A DNA stretch of 52,671 bases from Patescibacteria group bacterium (GTDB lineage Bacteria > Patescibacteriota > Minisyncoccia > Phycocordibacterales > CSBR16-119): positions 1-52,671 of the forward strand of contig JBPOJJ010000004.1 of the NCBI GenBank assembly GCA_052033715.1, read 5' to 3'. The translations under genes were made by a program, and so were the position numbers. The notes below the pieces were generated by a model. That model had not been told where the DNA came from. It did no database searches and saw nothing but the letters and a program-made list of their open reading frames with translations. Below, one piece after another: positions 9,127-20,618 of the stretch (within the stretch, counting starts at the first letter, position 1; each line of letters begins with the position of its first letter).

Positions 9127-10521
9127 ATGAACTTTTTTTTAAAAAATAAAAAAAATATCGCAAGCAAAAGCATTATCCTTTCGGGGTTAATGCTTTTGTC
9201 TGTTTTGGGGGGACTTCGTGTTGAAGCGGCGGCCTGCGACGGAAACATCGAGGGTAAATCCGATGCCGAACTGAAGATTATTCTAGCTGAGTGTGAAAAG
9301 GAAATTGCCGCTCAGCAAGTCGTCCTTGATGGTCAGAAAACTAAGTCAAAGACTCTTCAAAATGAAATTACCACTCTTCAGGCCAATATCGACGCTGCCA
9401 AAAAGCGTATAAATCAGAAAAATACAGTCATCAAGACACTCGGAAACGATATTAAGTCCAAGAACGAGACAATCGGGGTCTTAAATACTCATATTGATAA
9501 AGGTAGAGAATCTCTAGCCCAACTCATACGTCGGACAAACGAAATTGATAATGTTAGTTTTATAAACGCAGTTCTGACGGCAAAAAGCATTTCAGACTTC
9601 TATTCTGACGTTGATACTTATGCGTCTGTGAAAAAGTCGGTGAAAGAGTCTGTGGACGGTATCAAGACAGACAAAAAGAAGACCGAGGAGGTTAAACAAG
9701 AACTCGAGATTAAACAGAACGAACAGATTGACGCAAAAGCTGAAATCGAACGTCAAAAATCTCTCGTAGAGAAGAGCCAGAAGGATCAAAAAGTTTTACT
9801 AAACATTAGTAAAAATAAAGAAGCCGAATATCAGAAAGTTCTGGCCGATCGAAAGGCCAAGGCTGCTACTGTTCGCGCTGCACTCTTTCGACTTCGAGAT
9901 CAGGGGGCAATTCCTTTCGGCGACGCTTACGAATACGCTAAGATTGCTGGTGAAAAAACCGGAGTAAGGCCAGCGTTTATTTTGGCGATTCTAAAACAAG
10001 AATCTAACCTAGGAGCCAATGTGGGTTCTTGTGTTATTACCGATCTTTCAAGTGGTCAAACCAAAGGAGTAAATTCTGGAACAGTTTTTTCCAACGGAAT
10101 CCATCCGACTCGAGATCTTCCAACCCTTCAAACGGTTCTAAAAGAATTAGGCCGAGACCCACTCCAGACTCGCGTCTCTTGTCCGATTCTTGGTGTTCCG
10201 GGTTACGGTGGAGCTATGGGGCCAGCCCAGTTCATTCCTTCGACATGGAAAATGCTAGCCACTCGAATTGGGGCAGCAGTGGGCAAAAGTACTCCTGATC
10301 CATGGAATCCCGGCGATGCCATCATGGCCAATGCCATTTACGTTAGCGATCTCGGTGCCAAGGCTCAAACCTTTACTGCCGAGAAAAACGCCGCTTGTCG
10401 ATATTATTCTGGCCGTTCTTGTGATGCCGTCGGAGTTAAAAATGCCTTTTATGGTAACGCCGTAATGAGTTTGGCAACCCAAATTCAGAAAGATATCGAT
10501 ATCATTCAATCTGCTGAATAG
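9127..10521 (+). CDS. Secreted coiled-coil protein with a C-terminal lytic murein transglycosylase domain
   Basis: Signal peptide, long heptad region, AILKQES and [13 protein letters not shown] motifs. Confidence 0.85.
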   Translation: MNFFLKNKKNIASKSIILSGLMLLSVLGGLRVEAAACDGNIEGKSDAELKIILAECEKEIAAQQVVLDGQKTKSKTLQNEITTLQANIDAAKKRINQKNTVIKTLGNDIKSKNETIGVLNTHIDKGRESLAQLIRRTNEIDNVSFINAVLTAKSISDFYSDVDTYASVKKSVKESVDGIKTDKKKTEEVKQELEIKQNEQIDAKAEIERQKSLVEKSQKDQKVLLNISKNKEAEYQKVLADRKAKAATVRAALFRLRDQGAIPFGDAYEYAKIAGEKTGVRPAFILAILKQESNLGANVGSCVITDLSSGQTKGVNSGTVFSNGIHPTRDLPTLQTVLKELGRDPLQTRVSCPILGVPGYGGAMGPAQFIPSTWKMLATRIGAAVGKSTPDPWNPGDAIMANAIYVSDLGAKAQTFTAEKNAACRYYSGRSCDAVGVKNAFYGNAVMSLATQIQKDIDIIQSAE

Positions 10522-10561
10522 GGTCTTGATTGTACGTAATCTTTATGCTAATATCGCTTCT

Positions 10562-10825
10562 ATGAAAAAAGACATTCATCCGCAAAACTACAGAAAAGTT
10601 ATTTTCGAAGACGTCTCTAATGGCGCCCAGTTTTTGATTGGTTCAGTCATCGCGACAACCGAAAAAGGTAAGTGGGAAGACGGCAAAGAATACGACCTCT
10701 ACAAAGTTGAAATTTCTTCTGCTTCTCATCCGTTTTACACAGGAAAGGAGACCGTTCTCGACACTGCCGGTCGTGTCGACAAGTTCAAAAAGCGAGCTGC
10801 CGCTGGTGGTAAGAAGGTCAAATAA
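10562..10825 (+). CDS. rpmE2: 50S ribosomal protein L31 type B (zinc-free)
   Basis: MKKDIHP and [13 protein letters not shown]...GRVDKF motifs, no Cys; promoter TTGATT-17-TAATAT. Confidence 0.93.
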   Translation: MKKDIHPQNYRKVIFEDVSNGAQFLIGSVIATTEKGKWEDGKEYDLYKVEISSASHPFYTGKETVLDTAGRVDKFKKRAAAGGKKVK

Positions 10826-10832
10826 ATACTCT

Positions 10833-10867
10833 AAAACAAAAGCGCTTATGGGAAGCGTTTTTGTTTT
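10833..10867 (+). terminator. Intrinsic terminator, probably bidirectional
   Basis: AAAACAAAAGCGCTT-atggg-AAGCGTTTTTGTTTT. Confidence 0.7.
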
Positions 10868-10881
10868 GGTAAAATAAAGCC

Positions 10882-11871
10882 ATGAAATATTCGCTCGAAG
10901 AAATAAAAAGTAACTACAAGACGGCCTATCTGGGAACCCAACTAGACACTCTTTCGGCTGCCGAAAAAGAAGCTAATGATATGCTCTCGAATGATCCGAG
11001 CATGAAAGAGCTAGCCGAAGAAGAACTGAGGCGTCTTGCTCGGGAACGAGCGGTAATCGAGGAACAAATCGAGAGAATTCTAAAGGCCGAAAAAGAAGAA
11101 GAGAAATTTCCAAACGAAGTCGTGCTAGAAGTTCGAGCAGGAGCTGGTGGAGACGAAGCTGCGCTTTTTGCCAGACAATTGGCCGAGATGTACCAAAGAT
11201 ACTGTGACAAAGTCGGTTGGACTTGGAAGAAAGATTATGAGTCTATAAACGATATCGGTGGCTATAAAGAAGCATCTTTTGAGATTCATGGTAAGGATGT
11301 TTACAAACGTCTACGATTTGAAACCGGTGTTCATCGCGTTCAGCGAATTCCAGCGACCGAAAAACAGGGGAGGATTCACACCTCGACGGCCTCAGTAGCC
11401 ATCCTGCCGCTTTTCAAGAAAACGACAATTATTATTCCGGACTCAGATCTAGAAGTTGAAACTTCCCGCGCTGGTGGCGCTGGAGGCCAAAACGTCAACA
11501 AGGTTGAATCCGCAGTTCGCATTATTCACAAACCAACGGGTATTGATGTGCGTTCGACAGTGGAGCGCAGTCAGTTAGCCAACCGCGAGCGCGCCATGAC
11601 TCTACTAAAATCACGTCTTCAGCAAATGAAAGACGAGGAAGAGGCTCGGAAGTATTCAGCCGATCGTTCAGCGCAAATTGGTACAGGAGACCGTTCAGAG
11701 AAAATTCGTACATATAATTTCCCCCAAGACCGTATTACGGATCACCGTATCAAGGAATCTTGGTCAAATATTCCGCTTATCTTAAATGGGGCTATTGAAA
11801 ATGTCCTGGATACTGTCGCCGAAAGGATGGAAAACGGTGCAGTCGGAGAAGCAGAAGGGGACGACGAATAA
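10882..11871 (+). CDS. prfA: Peptide chain release factor 1
   Basis: [22 protein letters not shown] (PxT), [13 protein letters not shown] and [12 protein letters not shown] motifs. Confidence 0.95.
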   Translation: MKYSLEEIKSNYKTAYLGTQLDTLSAAEKEANDMLSNDPSMKELAEEELRRLARERAVIEEQIERILKAEKEEEKFPNEVVLEVRAGAGGDEAALFARQLAEMYQRYCDKVGWTWKKDYESINDIGGYKEASFEIHGKDVYKRLRFETGVHRVQRIPATEKQGRIHTSTASVAILPLFKKTTIIIPDSDLEVETSRAGGAGGQNVNKVESAVRIIHKPTGIDVRSTVERSQLANRERAMTLLKSRLQQMKDEEEARKYSADRSAQIGTGDRSEKIRTYNFPQDRITDHRIKESWSNIPLILNGAIENVLDTVAERMENGAVGEAEGDDE

Positions 11872-11876
11872 AATTT

Positions 11877-12602
11877 TTAGAAAGAAATTTTTGAATATCT
11901 TTCCACCCCAAACTGATCTTTCAGGGCTTCTATGTTTGGTGACAAAGATTTAATTTTCTCAGTTTGTTCTGGTTCGTGTTCTATATATAGAATTCCTCCT
12001 GGATTTAAATGTTTTGGTGCTTCGAGAATTATTTTTTCGATGATTTCCATGCCGTCTGTTCCTCCGAAGAGAGCAATCTCTGGTTCGTGAGTTTTTACGC
12101 TATTCTGGATCCTCTCGGAAAGCTTCGGATCGATGTACGGCGGATTGGTGAGAATCATGTCGTATTTCTCTGTAATATTTTCAAAAAGATCTCCTCCAAA
12201 TATATTTGTCCGATTCAAATCAATTTCGTTCTCTAAAATATTTTTATAGATAGTTTTGTGATGAATTTTATCTATTTCAACAAAGTCGACAACTGCTTCT
12301 GGAATTGCTTTCAACACAGCAACACCGATACATCCAGAGCCAGCGCAGAGATCGAGAACTTTTGGTTCGCGAATATTTTTCGACTTTAATTCTGAAGTAG
12401 CCTTTTCCACCCAATATTCCGTTTCGGGGCGGGGGATTAGGGGTCTCGAATCAAGCCATATTTTTGTATTGAGAAAGGGCGTCCAACCGATGACGTACGC
12501 CAGAGGCACTCCCGATTTGAGTAGAGATAGATCGGTTTCAAATTCTTCAGTTTTTATACCGGCGTATTTATCCTCTAGAAGCCAGGCTATTTCTTTTTCC
12601 AT
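11877..12602 (-). CDS. prmC: Release factor glutamine methyltransferase
   Basis: PLAYVIG, LIPRPETE, LDLCAGSGCI and TNPPY motifs. Start reassigned to 12602 because the longer ORF call runs through the tRNA. Confidence 0.9.
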   Translation of the reverse strand: MEKEIAWLLEDKYAGIKTEEFETDLSLLKSGVPLAYVIGWTPFLNTKIWLDSRPLIPRPETEYWVEKATSELKSKNIREPKVLDLCAGSGCIGVAVLKAIPEAVVDFVEIDKIHHKTIYKNILENEIDLNRTNIFGGDLFENITEKYDMILTNPPYIDPKLSERIQNSVKTHEPEIALFGGTDGMEIIEKIILEAPKHLNPGGILYIEHEPEQTEKIKSLSPNIEALKDQFGVERYSKISF

Positions 12603-12664
12603 AGATGCTAGAATCTTACACGTTATTGAATTCTCGGCAATCTTCTGGTATATTACAGCACATT

Positions 12665-12736
12665 GCGCGTGTAGTTCAGTGGTAGAACGCTGTCCTGATA
12701 AGACAGAGGTCGTAGGTTCGATTCCTACCACGCGCA
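12665..12736 (+). tRNA. tRNA-Ile (GAU); CCA not encoded
   Basis: Acceptor stem GCGCGTG/CACGCGC, anticodon arm CTGTC-CTGATAA-GACAG, T arm GTAGG-TTCGATT-CCTAC, A73 and C4:G69. Confidence 0.93.
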
Positions 12737-12805
12737 CCCCCTGGAGTTTGGAATTATTTTTTAGTGTATAATACTACAAGCTCTTGTCTGGGCTTTTTGC
12801 GTTTT

Positions 12806-13087
12806 ATGGAAGAAAAAGAACAAGAAAAAAACTTTAAACATACCCCTGAATATCAGAAGATCACTGATAAGGTTTTTCGCGCATCTCTTCTAAATATTCC
12901 GATTCTGGCTATCCCGGCCTTTGGCGCGTTATTTCTAGGGAAATTTCTAGACAACAAATTTGAAACGGGCAAGACGATAACTCTCATACTCCTGCTTCTC
13001 GCTATCGTGTTTTCTTGGATACTTATACTTCGAAAGAACAAGAAAATAAATCAGGAGTTTAAGAAGATCAGAGAAAATGGGCAATAA
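12806..13087 (+). CDS. AtpZ/AtpI-family membrane protein (ATP synthase gene 1)
   Basis: Two TM helices with G-FLD--F-T motif; first gene of the atp operon. Confidence 0.75.
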   Translation: MEEKEQEKNFKHTPEYQKITDKVFRASLLNIPILAIPAFGALFLGKFLDNKFETGKTITLILLLLAIVFSWILILRKNKKINQEFKKIRENGQ

Positions 13088-13092
13088 TTTTT

Positions 13093-13890
13093 ATGGAGGG
13101 AATTTTAAGTTTTAAAAGAGATATATCTACCGTCGGACCGTCAACGATTTTTAATATCGGCAATTTTCCTGTGGCCAATTCCACAATTTTTATACTGCTT
13201 ATAATTCTCATCGTTCTAATTTTTTCATATTTTCTTTTTAGGAACAAAAGTCTCGTTCCGACAAAAGCACAGGCCTTTTTTGAGATAGTGTACGAAGCTG
13301 TTGCCGCACAAATCCGAACCATCGCAGGTAGTGACTATCACGTCAACCGGGTTTTCCCAATCATAGCTTCGATATTCATATTCGTAGGAGTTTCAAATTA
13401 CCTCGGTATGGTTCCGGGACTATCGAGCATCACGTTTGACGGAGAATCGCTTTTTAGAACGGCGACAGGGGACTTCAACACCACATTTGGCCTAGCCTTT
13501 GGCTCGATTGTGGTTCTCCATATCATTTCGATTAAAGATTTTGGTATTTGGGGCCACCTCGGTAAATTCATACCGATAAAACAGCTCAGAAAAGATCTTA
13601 AAATGGGGGCCTTGAGTCCGATCTACATTTTCGTTACAATACTGATTGCTTGTCTTGATATTGTAGGAGAGTTTGCAAAGGTAATATCAATCTCACTTCG
13701 TCTCTTTGGCAACCTGTATGCCGGAGAGGTGATGACAACAATCCTGATAGGAATATTCGCTTTCGTGTTACCATCCTTCTGGATAGCCTTTGGGCTCCTA
13801 GGGTCTCTTATCCAGACCATAGTTTTTGGTTCATTGATCACGGTGTTTTATATGCAGGCTGCCGGCCCAGAACCCGGTAAACAAAGTTAG
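13093..13890 (+). CDS. atpB: ATP synthase Fo subunit a
   Basis: SISLRLFGNLYAGE motif (essential Arg); operon order. Confidence 0.95.
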   Translation: MEGILSFKRDISTVGPSTIFNIGNFPVANSTIFILLIILIVLIFSYFLFRNKSLVPTKAQAFFEIVYEAVAAQIRTIAGSDYHVNRVFPIIASIFIFVGVSNYLGMVPGLSSITFDGESLFRTATGDFNTTFGLAFGSIVVLHIISIKDFGIWGHLGKFIPIKQLRKDLKMGALSPIYIFVTILIACLDIVGEFAKVISISLRLFGNLYAGEVMTTILIGIFAFVLPSFWIAFGLLGSLIQTIVFGSLITVFYMQAAGPEPGKQS

Positions 13891-13920
13891 TTTATAAGTT
13901 ATTAATTAATAAAAAATATT

Positions 13921-14136
13921 ATGGAAGCAGAAGCAGCAAAATACATTGCGAAAGGGCTAATTATCCTATCCATGCTTGGAACAGCGATCGGAGAAGGAAT
14001 TGTGGCAGGAAAGGCACTGGAAGCTATCGGTAGAAACCCGAGCGTAAGTGATTCTATCTTTTCCAAGATGATCGTCGGAATGGCCATCTGTGAATCAACA
14101 GCTATTTACGCGTTGGTCGCATTTTTCATTGTCTAA
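13921..14136 (+). CDS. atpE: ATP synthase Fo subunit c
   Basis: AIGRNP loop and AICESTAIY carboxylate helix. Confidence 0.95.
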   Translation: MEAEAAKYIAKGLIILSMLGTAIGEGIVAGKALEAIGRNPSVSDSIFSKMIVGMAICESTAIYALVAFFIV

Positions 14137-14149
14137 ATAAATATTAATT

Positions 14150-14635
14150 ATGGATGTTTTGGGAAAACTTGGTTTTGATTGGAAAGTCGCGCTTGCGAAC
14201 CTGGTTAACTTCCTAATTATTTATTACCTTCTTCGAAATGTCGTTTTCAAGAAATTGGGCGCGGCTATCAAAGAACGCCGAGAGAAAATCCAAACTGGAC
14301 TCGACGACGCTGAAAAAGCCAAAACGGCTCTCATGATGGCCAATCACGAAAAAGAACGCATCATCGGCGAGGGCCACCAGGAGTCGAAAGGGTTGTTACT
14401 CGAAGCCGAATCAAAGAAGGAGGCTATCGTTGAATCAGCCAAGATTGAGGCTGAGGCTGAGGCGCGCAAAATGAGAGAGTCGGCCATCAAAGAAATCGAG
14501 ATTCTTCGAGAACACCAGAAGAACGAGATCAAGAAAAAGTCCGTTGACTTAATTATTTCTGGCATCGAAAATGTTTTGAAGGAAAAAATAAATCCGAAAA
14601 AAACCGAAGACATTATTGGTGGATTAATCAAATAA
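14150..14635 (+). CDS. atpF: ATP synthase Fo subunit b
   Basis: N-terminal TM (NLVNFLII) followed by a charged coiled coil. Confidence 0.93.
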   Translation: MDVLGKLGFDWKVALANLVNFLIIYYLLRNVVFKKLGAAIKERREKIQTGLDDAEKAKTALMMANHEKERIIGEGHQESKGLLLEAESKKEAIVESAKIEAEAEARKMRESAIKEIEILREHQKNEIKKKSVDLIISGIENVLKEKINPKKTEDIIGGLIK

Positions 14636-14637
14636 TT

Positions 14638-15024
14638 ATGCTAGTTGCTTCAAAACAACTAGCCAACGCTCTGATATCATCGCTCGAAGAAGGTGCGGAA
14701 GTAGAGCCTTTGATAAAAAATTTTAAAGCCTTTGTTACTAAAAACCGTCTAACAGCCCTTGTGCCAAATGTCATAAAAAATCTAGAGAGGATGTCGGTCG
14801 AAGTTGATAGAAAAAACACTGCGCTGATTCGAGTCTCTCACGAAACGAAAGACGCTACGATCAAACTTATTGAAAAATTCATCGACAAGCAAAAGTCCGA
14901 CCAGAGTAAAGTAGAAGTGGACGAATCACTTATCGGAGGGTTCAGGGTAAATTACAGGGGTCGGGTGTTTGATGGAAGTGTCAAAAATTATTTAAAAGAG
15001 CTCCGAGCTAACTTAATGAAATAA
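14638..15024 (+). CDS. atpH: ATP synthase F1 subunit delta (short form)
   Basis: [11 protein letters not shown]...VFDGSVK motif; operon position. Confidence 0.88.
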   Translation: MLVASKQLANALISSLEEGAEVEPLIKNFKAFVTKNRLTALVPNVIKNLERMSVEVDRKNTALIRVSHETKDATIKLIEKFIDKQKSDQSKVEVDESLIGGFRVNYRGRVFDGSVKNYLKELRANLMK

Positions 15025-15025
15025 T

Positions 15026-16531
15026 ATGAAAGAAGTTGATCAATTAGTTGCTAGTCTAAAATCAAAAATTGAAGGGGTGTCTCTGAAAGTTTCTTCCGAA
15101 GAAGTCGGAACGGTTGTTTCTGTTTCAGATGGTATTGCGCGCATAGCCGGACTTCCGACGGCTCAAGCCTCGGAGCTTCTTTCGTTTGAATCTGGCGCCA
15201 CCGGCCTTGCTCTCAACCTCGAAGAAGATTTCATTGGAGCCATTATCTTGGGCGAATTCAAGGGCGTCAAAGAGGGTGAGTCAGTCACGAGGACCAAAGA
15301 AATCCTTTCTATTCCAATAGGTAAGGGGATAGTCGGTCGTGTGGTCAACGCTCTCGGTGTTGCTATCGATGGCAAGGGAGATATCAAAACAGAAAAGAAA
15401 GTTTTGGTAGAAAAGGTAGCTCCGGGTGTTATGACTCGTGAGCCAGTTAACCAACCACTTCAAACCGGTATAAAAGCAATAGATGCCATGATTCCAATCG
15501 GCCGCGGTCAGCGTGAACTTATTATCGGCGATCGTCAGACCGGTAAAACCGCAATTGCTATCGATACAATTTTGAACCAGGCAGGTGAAAACATTATCTG
15601 CATATACGTCGCCATCGGCCAGAAACAGTCCAAAGTCGCTCGACTCGTATCGCGACTAGCTGAAGCCGGAGCGATGGATTACACTATCGTTGTTTCTGCG
15701 CCAGCGTCCGACTCTCCAGCCATGCTTTATCTAGCGCCTTATACCGGAGTCGCCATTGCCGAATATTTTATGGACAAGGGCCAAGACGTTCTCATCGTTT
15801 ACGATGATCTTTCTAAACATGCCGTCGCATATCGTGAAATCTCACTTTTGCTTCGACGTCCGCCGGGCCGCGAGGCGTATCCGGGAGACGTTTTCTATTT
15901 GCACTCAAGACTTCTCGAACGCGCTTGCCGCAGAAATGAAAAGTCAGGCGGCGGATCAATCACCGCGCTTCCAATCATCGAAACTCAGGGCGGTGACGTG
16001 TCTGGTTATATTCCGACAAACGTTATTTCGATTACGGACGGACAGATTTTCCTCGAAACAAGTCTCTTCTTCAAGGGTGTTCGTCCTGCAATCAACGCCG
16101 GACTATCAGTGTCGCGAGTCGGTGGATCAGCTCAGATAAAATCCATGAAGAAAAACGCTGGAACATTGAAACTTGCCATGGCACAGTATCGCGAACTTGA
16201 ATCTTTCGCCCAGTTTGACTCAGACCTCGATCCAGAGACGAAAAAAGTCATTGAGCGTGGTAAGAGAGTGACGGAACTTCTCAAACAAGGACAATATTCA
16301 CCGCTTCCAGTCGCGATGCAGGTTGTCTCGATTGTCGCTATCAACTCCGGATTATTCGATGCCTACGAAGTGTCAGAAATTTCGAGCGTTGAAAAAGAAC
16401 TTCATCAATATATGAAATCGTCTCAGGCCAAACTTTTAGAATCCATTAAAAATGATTGGAATGACGACATCAAAGCCGAACTCACAAAGGCACTAGAAAG
16501 TTTCAAGAAGAGTAATACAAAGAAAAAATAA
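15026..16531 (+). CDS. atpA: ATP synthase F1 subunit alpha
   Basis: [23 protein letters not shown] and ITDGQIFL motifs. Confidence 0.98.
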   Translation: MKEVDQLVASLKSKIEGVSLKVSSEEVGTVVSVSDGIARIAGLPTAQASELLSFESGATGLALNLEEDFIGAIILGEFKGVKEGESVTRTKEILSIPIGKGIVGRVVNALGVAIDGKGDIKTEKKVLVEKVAPGVMTREPVNQPLQTGIKAIDAMIPIGRGQRELIIGDRQTGKTAIAIDTILNQAGENIICIYVAIGQKQSKVARLVSRLAEAGAMDYTIVVSAPASDSPAMLYLAPYTGVAIAEYFMDKGQDVLIVYDDLSKHAVAYREISLLLRRPPGREAYPGDVFYLHSRLLERACRRNEKSGGGSITALPIIETQGGDVSGYIPTNVISITDGQIFLETSLFFKGVRPAINAGLSVSRVGGSAQIKSMKKNAGTLKLAMAQYRELESFAQFDSDLDPETKKVIERGKRVTELLKQGQYSPLPVAMQVVSIVAINSGLFDAYEVSEISSVEKELHQYMKSSQAKLLESIKNDWNDDIKAELTKALESFKKSNTKKK

Positions 16532-16534
16532 TTT

Positions 16535-17425
16535 ATGGGAGCAGATACCAAAGCCATTAGGCAAAAAATGAAATCGATCGGGAATATCAAGAAAATCACC
16601 AAAACAATGGAGATGGTATCGGTCGCGAAAATGAAAAAGGGAACTGAGATGGCCAACCGTGGACGCGCATATTCCAAATACGCCCTCGAGCTCGTTTCTC
16701 ATATTGCCGCCATGCCAGAGATCACACATCCGCTTTTGGCGCGCGAAGCCCTAGAGGGTCGCGAACTTGTCATCGTTATCTCATCGAACAAAGGCTTAGC
16801 CGGATCCTACAACACAAATATTTCCAAAGCTTTGTCTTTGTATACAAAAAATAAATCTGAAAATATCGACTGCATAACCCTCGGTAAGCAATCAGAAAAG
16901 TCAGCTCGCCGAAATAAGCTCAACATCGTAGCAAGTTTCATCACTTTCTCCGAGAAAAGCTCGTCCGATGAATTTCTAGTAATCCGTGACATGATTGTCG
17001 AAAAATATCTAAGCGGTGAATACGTCAAAGTCTCCATCCTTTTTACTGAATTTAAAAACGCCACAACTTACAAGCCATATCTAATGCAACTTCTCCCCGT
17101 CGCGCCGGAAGTTTACAAAAACGTCTTGCTCGAAGAAGAAGCCGGAACGTTCAAAGAAGAAAAGCTGGTTGATTACAAATTTGAACCAAGTGAAGGGGAA
17201 GTTTTAGCCCAAATTATCCCGCAAATTATCGCCACCGCCATTTATCATTCGTTCGTCGAATCGGTCGCTTCTGAACACTCTGCCCGAATGTTTGCGATGA
17301 AAAACGCGAACGACAATGCCGGCGAAATCCTTGATGACCTGACCCTCTTTTATAACCAAGCCCGCCAATCCGCCATCACCCAAGAGATTTCAGAAATTGT
17401 CGGAGGTGCAGCTGCCTTAAGTTAA
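16535..17425 (+). CDS. atpG: ATP synthase F1 subunit gamma
   Basis: KITKTMEMVS and SEHSARMFAMKNA...RQSAITQEI motifs. Confidence 0.97.
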   Translation: MGADTKAIRQKMKSIGNIKKITKTMEMVSVAKMKKGTEMANRGRAYSKYALELVSHIAAMPEITHPLLAREALEGRELVIVISSNKGLAGSYNTNISKALSLYTKNKSENIDCITLGKQSEKSARRNKLNIVASFITFSEKSSSDEFLVIRDMIVEKYLSGEYVKVSILFTEFKNATTYKPYLMQLLPVAPEVYKNVLLEEEAGTFKEEKLVDYKFEPSEGEVLAQIIPQIIATAIYHSFVESVASEHSARMFAMKNANDNAGEILDDLTLFYNQARQSAITQEISEIVGGAAALS

Positions 17426-17440
17426 CATTATCAGTATTAG

Positions 17441-18838
<1,398 letters not shown>

Positions 18839-18841
18839 GAA

Positions 18842-19267
18842 ATGGCCGACAAGACTTTAGAAATTAAAATTGTGACACCGGACAAAGTCGTTTACGACTC
18901 TTTTGGCGTAACGTCTATCACTATCCCGACAATGGACGGCGAAATCACGGTTCTGCCCAACCACATCCCACTAATCACACCAATCAAGACCGGCGAGGCG
19001 CATATTTTGAAAGACGGCGTGACGCTCGGCTTTGCCGTCTCTGGTGGAGTGCTTGAAATTCGCGAGGGTAACACTATCGTAATACTCGCTGAGCGCGGAG
19101 AGCTCGCACATGACATCGACGTCGCTCGCGCGGAGGATGCATACGAACGAGCCAAGCTTGCAATGAAAATGGAAATGGATGTTGCTGATGTCGACTTTGC
19201 GAAATTCCAAGGTCTCATGGAAAAAGAATTAAACCGAATCAATATTGGGAAGAAGTGGAGGAGATAA
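18842..19267 (+). CDS. atpC: ATP synthase F1 subunit epsilon
   Basis: IVTPDK, GEITVLPNHIP and FAVSGGVLE motifs. Confidence 0.95.
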   Translation: MADKTLEIKIVTPDKVVYDSFGVTSITIPTMDGEITVLPNHIPLITPIKTGEAHILKDGVTLGFAVSGGVLEIREGNTIVILAERGELAHDIDVARAEDAYERAKLAMKMEMDVADVDFAKFQGLMEKELNRINIGKKWRR

Positions 19268-19278
19268 AATTGGTAGCG

Positions 19279-19303
19279 AAAAAAGCCCGGGTGACCGGGC
19301 TTT
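19279..19303. terminator. Bidirectional terminator
   Basis: AAAGCCCGG-gtga-CCGGGCTTT with an A6 run on the left (U tract on the minus strand). Confidence 0.7.
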
Positions 19304-19322
19304 CCTGCTTTCGGCGGATGTT

Positions 19323-19484
19323 CTAGTCCTTGGTGTCATAAATCACCTTAATGGCTATGCCACTGACCAACGACCAGATTCCTACGATTAGGATGTATTG
19401 GTCGTGTTCAATGAGACCAAGGAGGCAAACGAACGTCCCTGCGAGAGAAAGAAGTGTCGCTAGGAATTGAAAGAAGTTCTTCAT
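19323..19484 (-). CDS. Small two-TM membrane protein, 53 aa (MKNFFQFLATLLSLAGTFVCLLGLIEHDQYILIVGIWSLVSGIAIKVIYDTKD)
   Basis: Hand-translated; has its own promoter and terminator. Confidence 0.7.
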   Translation of the reverse strand: MKNFFQFLATLLSLAGTFVCLLGLIEHDQYILIVGIWSLVSGIAIKVIYDTKD

Positions 19485-19505
19485 CTGAGGTTTTCTTTTT
19501 TTGTA

Positions 19506-19541
19506 TTTATACTAGACAAACCTTTAAAAGTCAAGTACTAT
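19506..19541. promoter_or_regulatory. Overlapping divergent promoters: minus TTGACT-17-TATAAA and plus TAGACA-17-TACTAT (rsmI)
   Basis: Both spacers counted as 17 nt; the plus -10 box ends 7 nt before the rsmI ATG. Confidence 0.65.
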
Positions 19542-19548
19542 AAACTTT

Positions 19549-20229
19549 ATGAAAAACGGCATTTTATACGTTATAGCCACTCCTATCGGAAATCTGGGGG
19601 ATATGACCATCCGAGCCATAGAAACGCTTAAAAGCGTAGATTTGGTGCTCTGTGAGGACACCAGAGTGACCAAACACCTCCTAAAACACTATGAAATCGA
19701 GGCTGCTACCATGAGCTACCACGCCAACAGCACGATCCAAAAACATGACAAAATTATCGAACTTTTACGTGAAGGAAAAAATCTAGCCCTGGTCTCGGAC
19801 GCCGGCACACCGACCATTTCTGATCCCGGGGTAATGCTCATCCAAATTATTAAAAAAGAATTACCAGACGTTAAAGTTATTGCAATTCCTGGAGCCTCGG
19901 CTCTGACTGCCGCGCTATCGATCTCTGGAATCCCAAGCCCACAATTTACGTTCTACGGATTCCTGCCGCACAAGAAGGGCAGGGAAACAATCTTTAAAGA
20001 AATCTCTGTAAGCGAACGAACTTCTGTCTTCTACGAATCACCTCATCGTATCGAAAAGACTCTTGAGTCGCTAAACAAACACCTACCGGAGACGAAGAAG
20101 GTCGTCCTGGCTCGAGAACTGACAAAACTTTTTGAAGAAATCGTCGAGGGATCGGCGACCGAAGTCCTAAACTATTTCAAATCCAATCCGGACAAAGTCC
20201 GAGGTGAGTTCGTCGTCATAATTTCCTAA
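19549..20229 (+). CDS. rsmI: 16S rRNA (cytidine1402-2'-O)-methyltransferase
   Basis: LYVIATPIGNLGD, CEDTRVT, VSDAGTPTISDPG, FYESPHR and ARELTK motifs. Confidence 0.96.
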   Translation: MKNGILYVIATPIGNLGDMTIRAIETLKSVDLVLCEDTRVTKHLLKHYEIEAATMSYHANSTIQKHDKIIELLREGKNLALVSDAGTPTISDPGVMLIQIIKKELPDVKVIAIPGASALTAALSISGIPSPQFTFYGFLPHKKGRETIFKEISVSERTSVFYESPHRIEKTLESLNKHLPETKKVVLARELTKLFEEIVEGSATEVLNYFKSNPDKVRGEFVVIIS

Positions 20230-20305
20230 AAGTTTCCCACAGGTTCACGTTTTTGTCCTTTCGGCGCTATACTAAGGGTATTAAAAGATAGCGAATTCCG
20301 AAATC

Positions 20306-20617
20306 ATGAGCCGAGAAAAGATACTTTTTTTGATTGCGATATTGATGATTGTTTTGCCGCATTTGGGACTGACAAACTTGATGGAGCAGATAACTTTCTT
20401 CGTTCTCGGACTGATAGTCATTATTTTTGCTTACGGAATTTACTTTGAAAGGAGAAGTAAGGAGACGAAGCCAGTCGCTACGCCGACCAGAAAATCTCAA
20501 GCACCAGTTCATCGTGAGCCAAGCTTCCGACCAATCGCTCAGAATGAAGAAACGAACGGTTTCAAGATCGTAAAGAAAGATTCACCAAAAATCGAAGAAA
20601 ATAATTTCCATATTTAA
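20306..20617 (+). CDS. Hypothetical membrane protein (two N-terminal TMs)
   Basis: 103-aa ORF; stop is 1 nt before the next ATG. Confidence 0.7.
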   Translation: MSREKILFLIAILMIVLPHLGLTNLMEQITFFVLGLIVIIFAYGIYFERRSKETKPVATPTRKSQAPVHREPSFRPIAQNEETNGFKIVKKDSPKIEENNFHI

Positions 20618-20618
20618 A

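Noticed and set aside
12603-12737. N-terminal extension of prmC in the ORF track, and ORF 12469..12771
   Set aside because: The extension is the antisense reading of the tRNA-Ile gene; homology starts at MEKEIAW.
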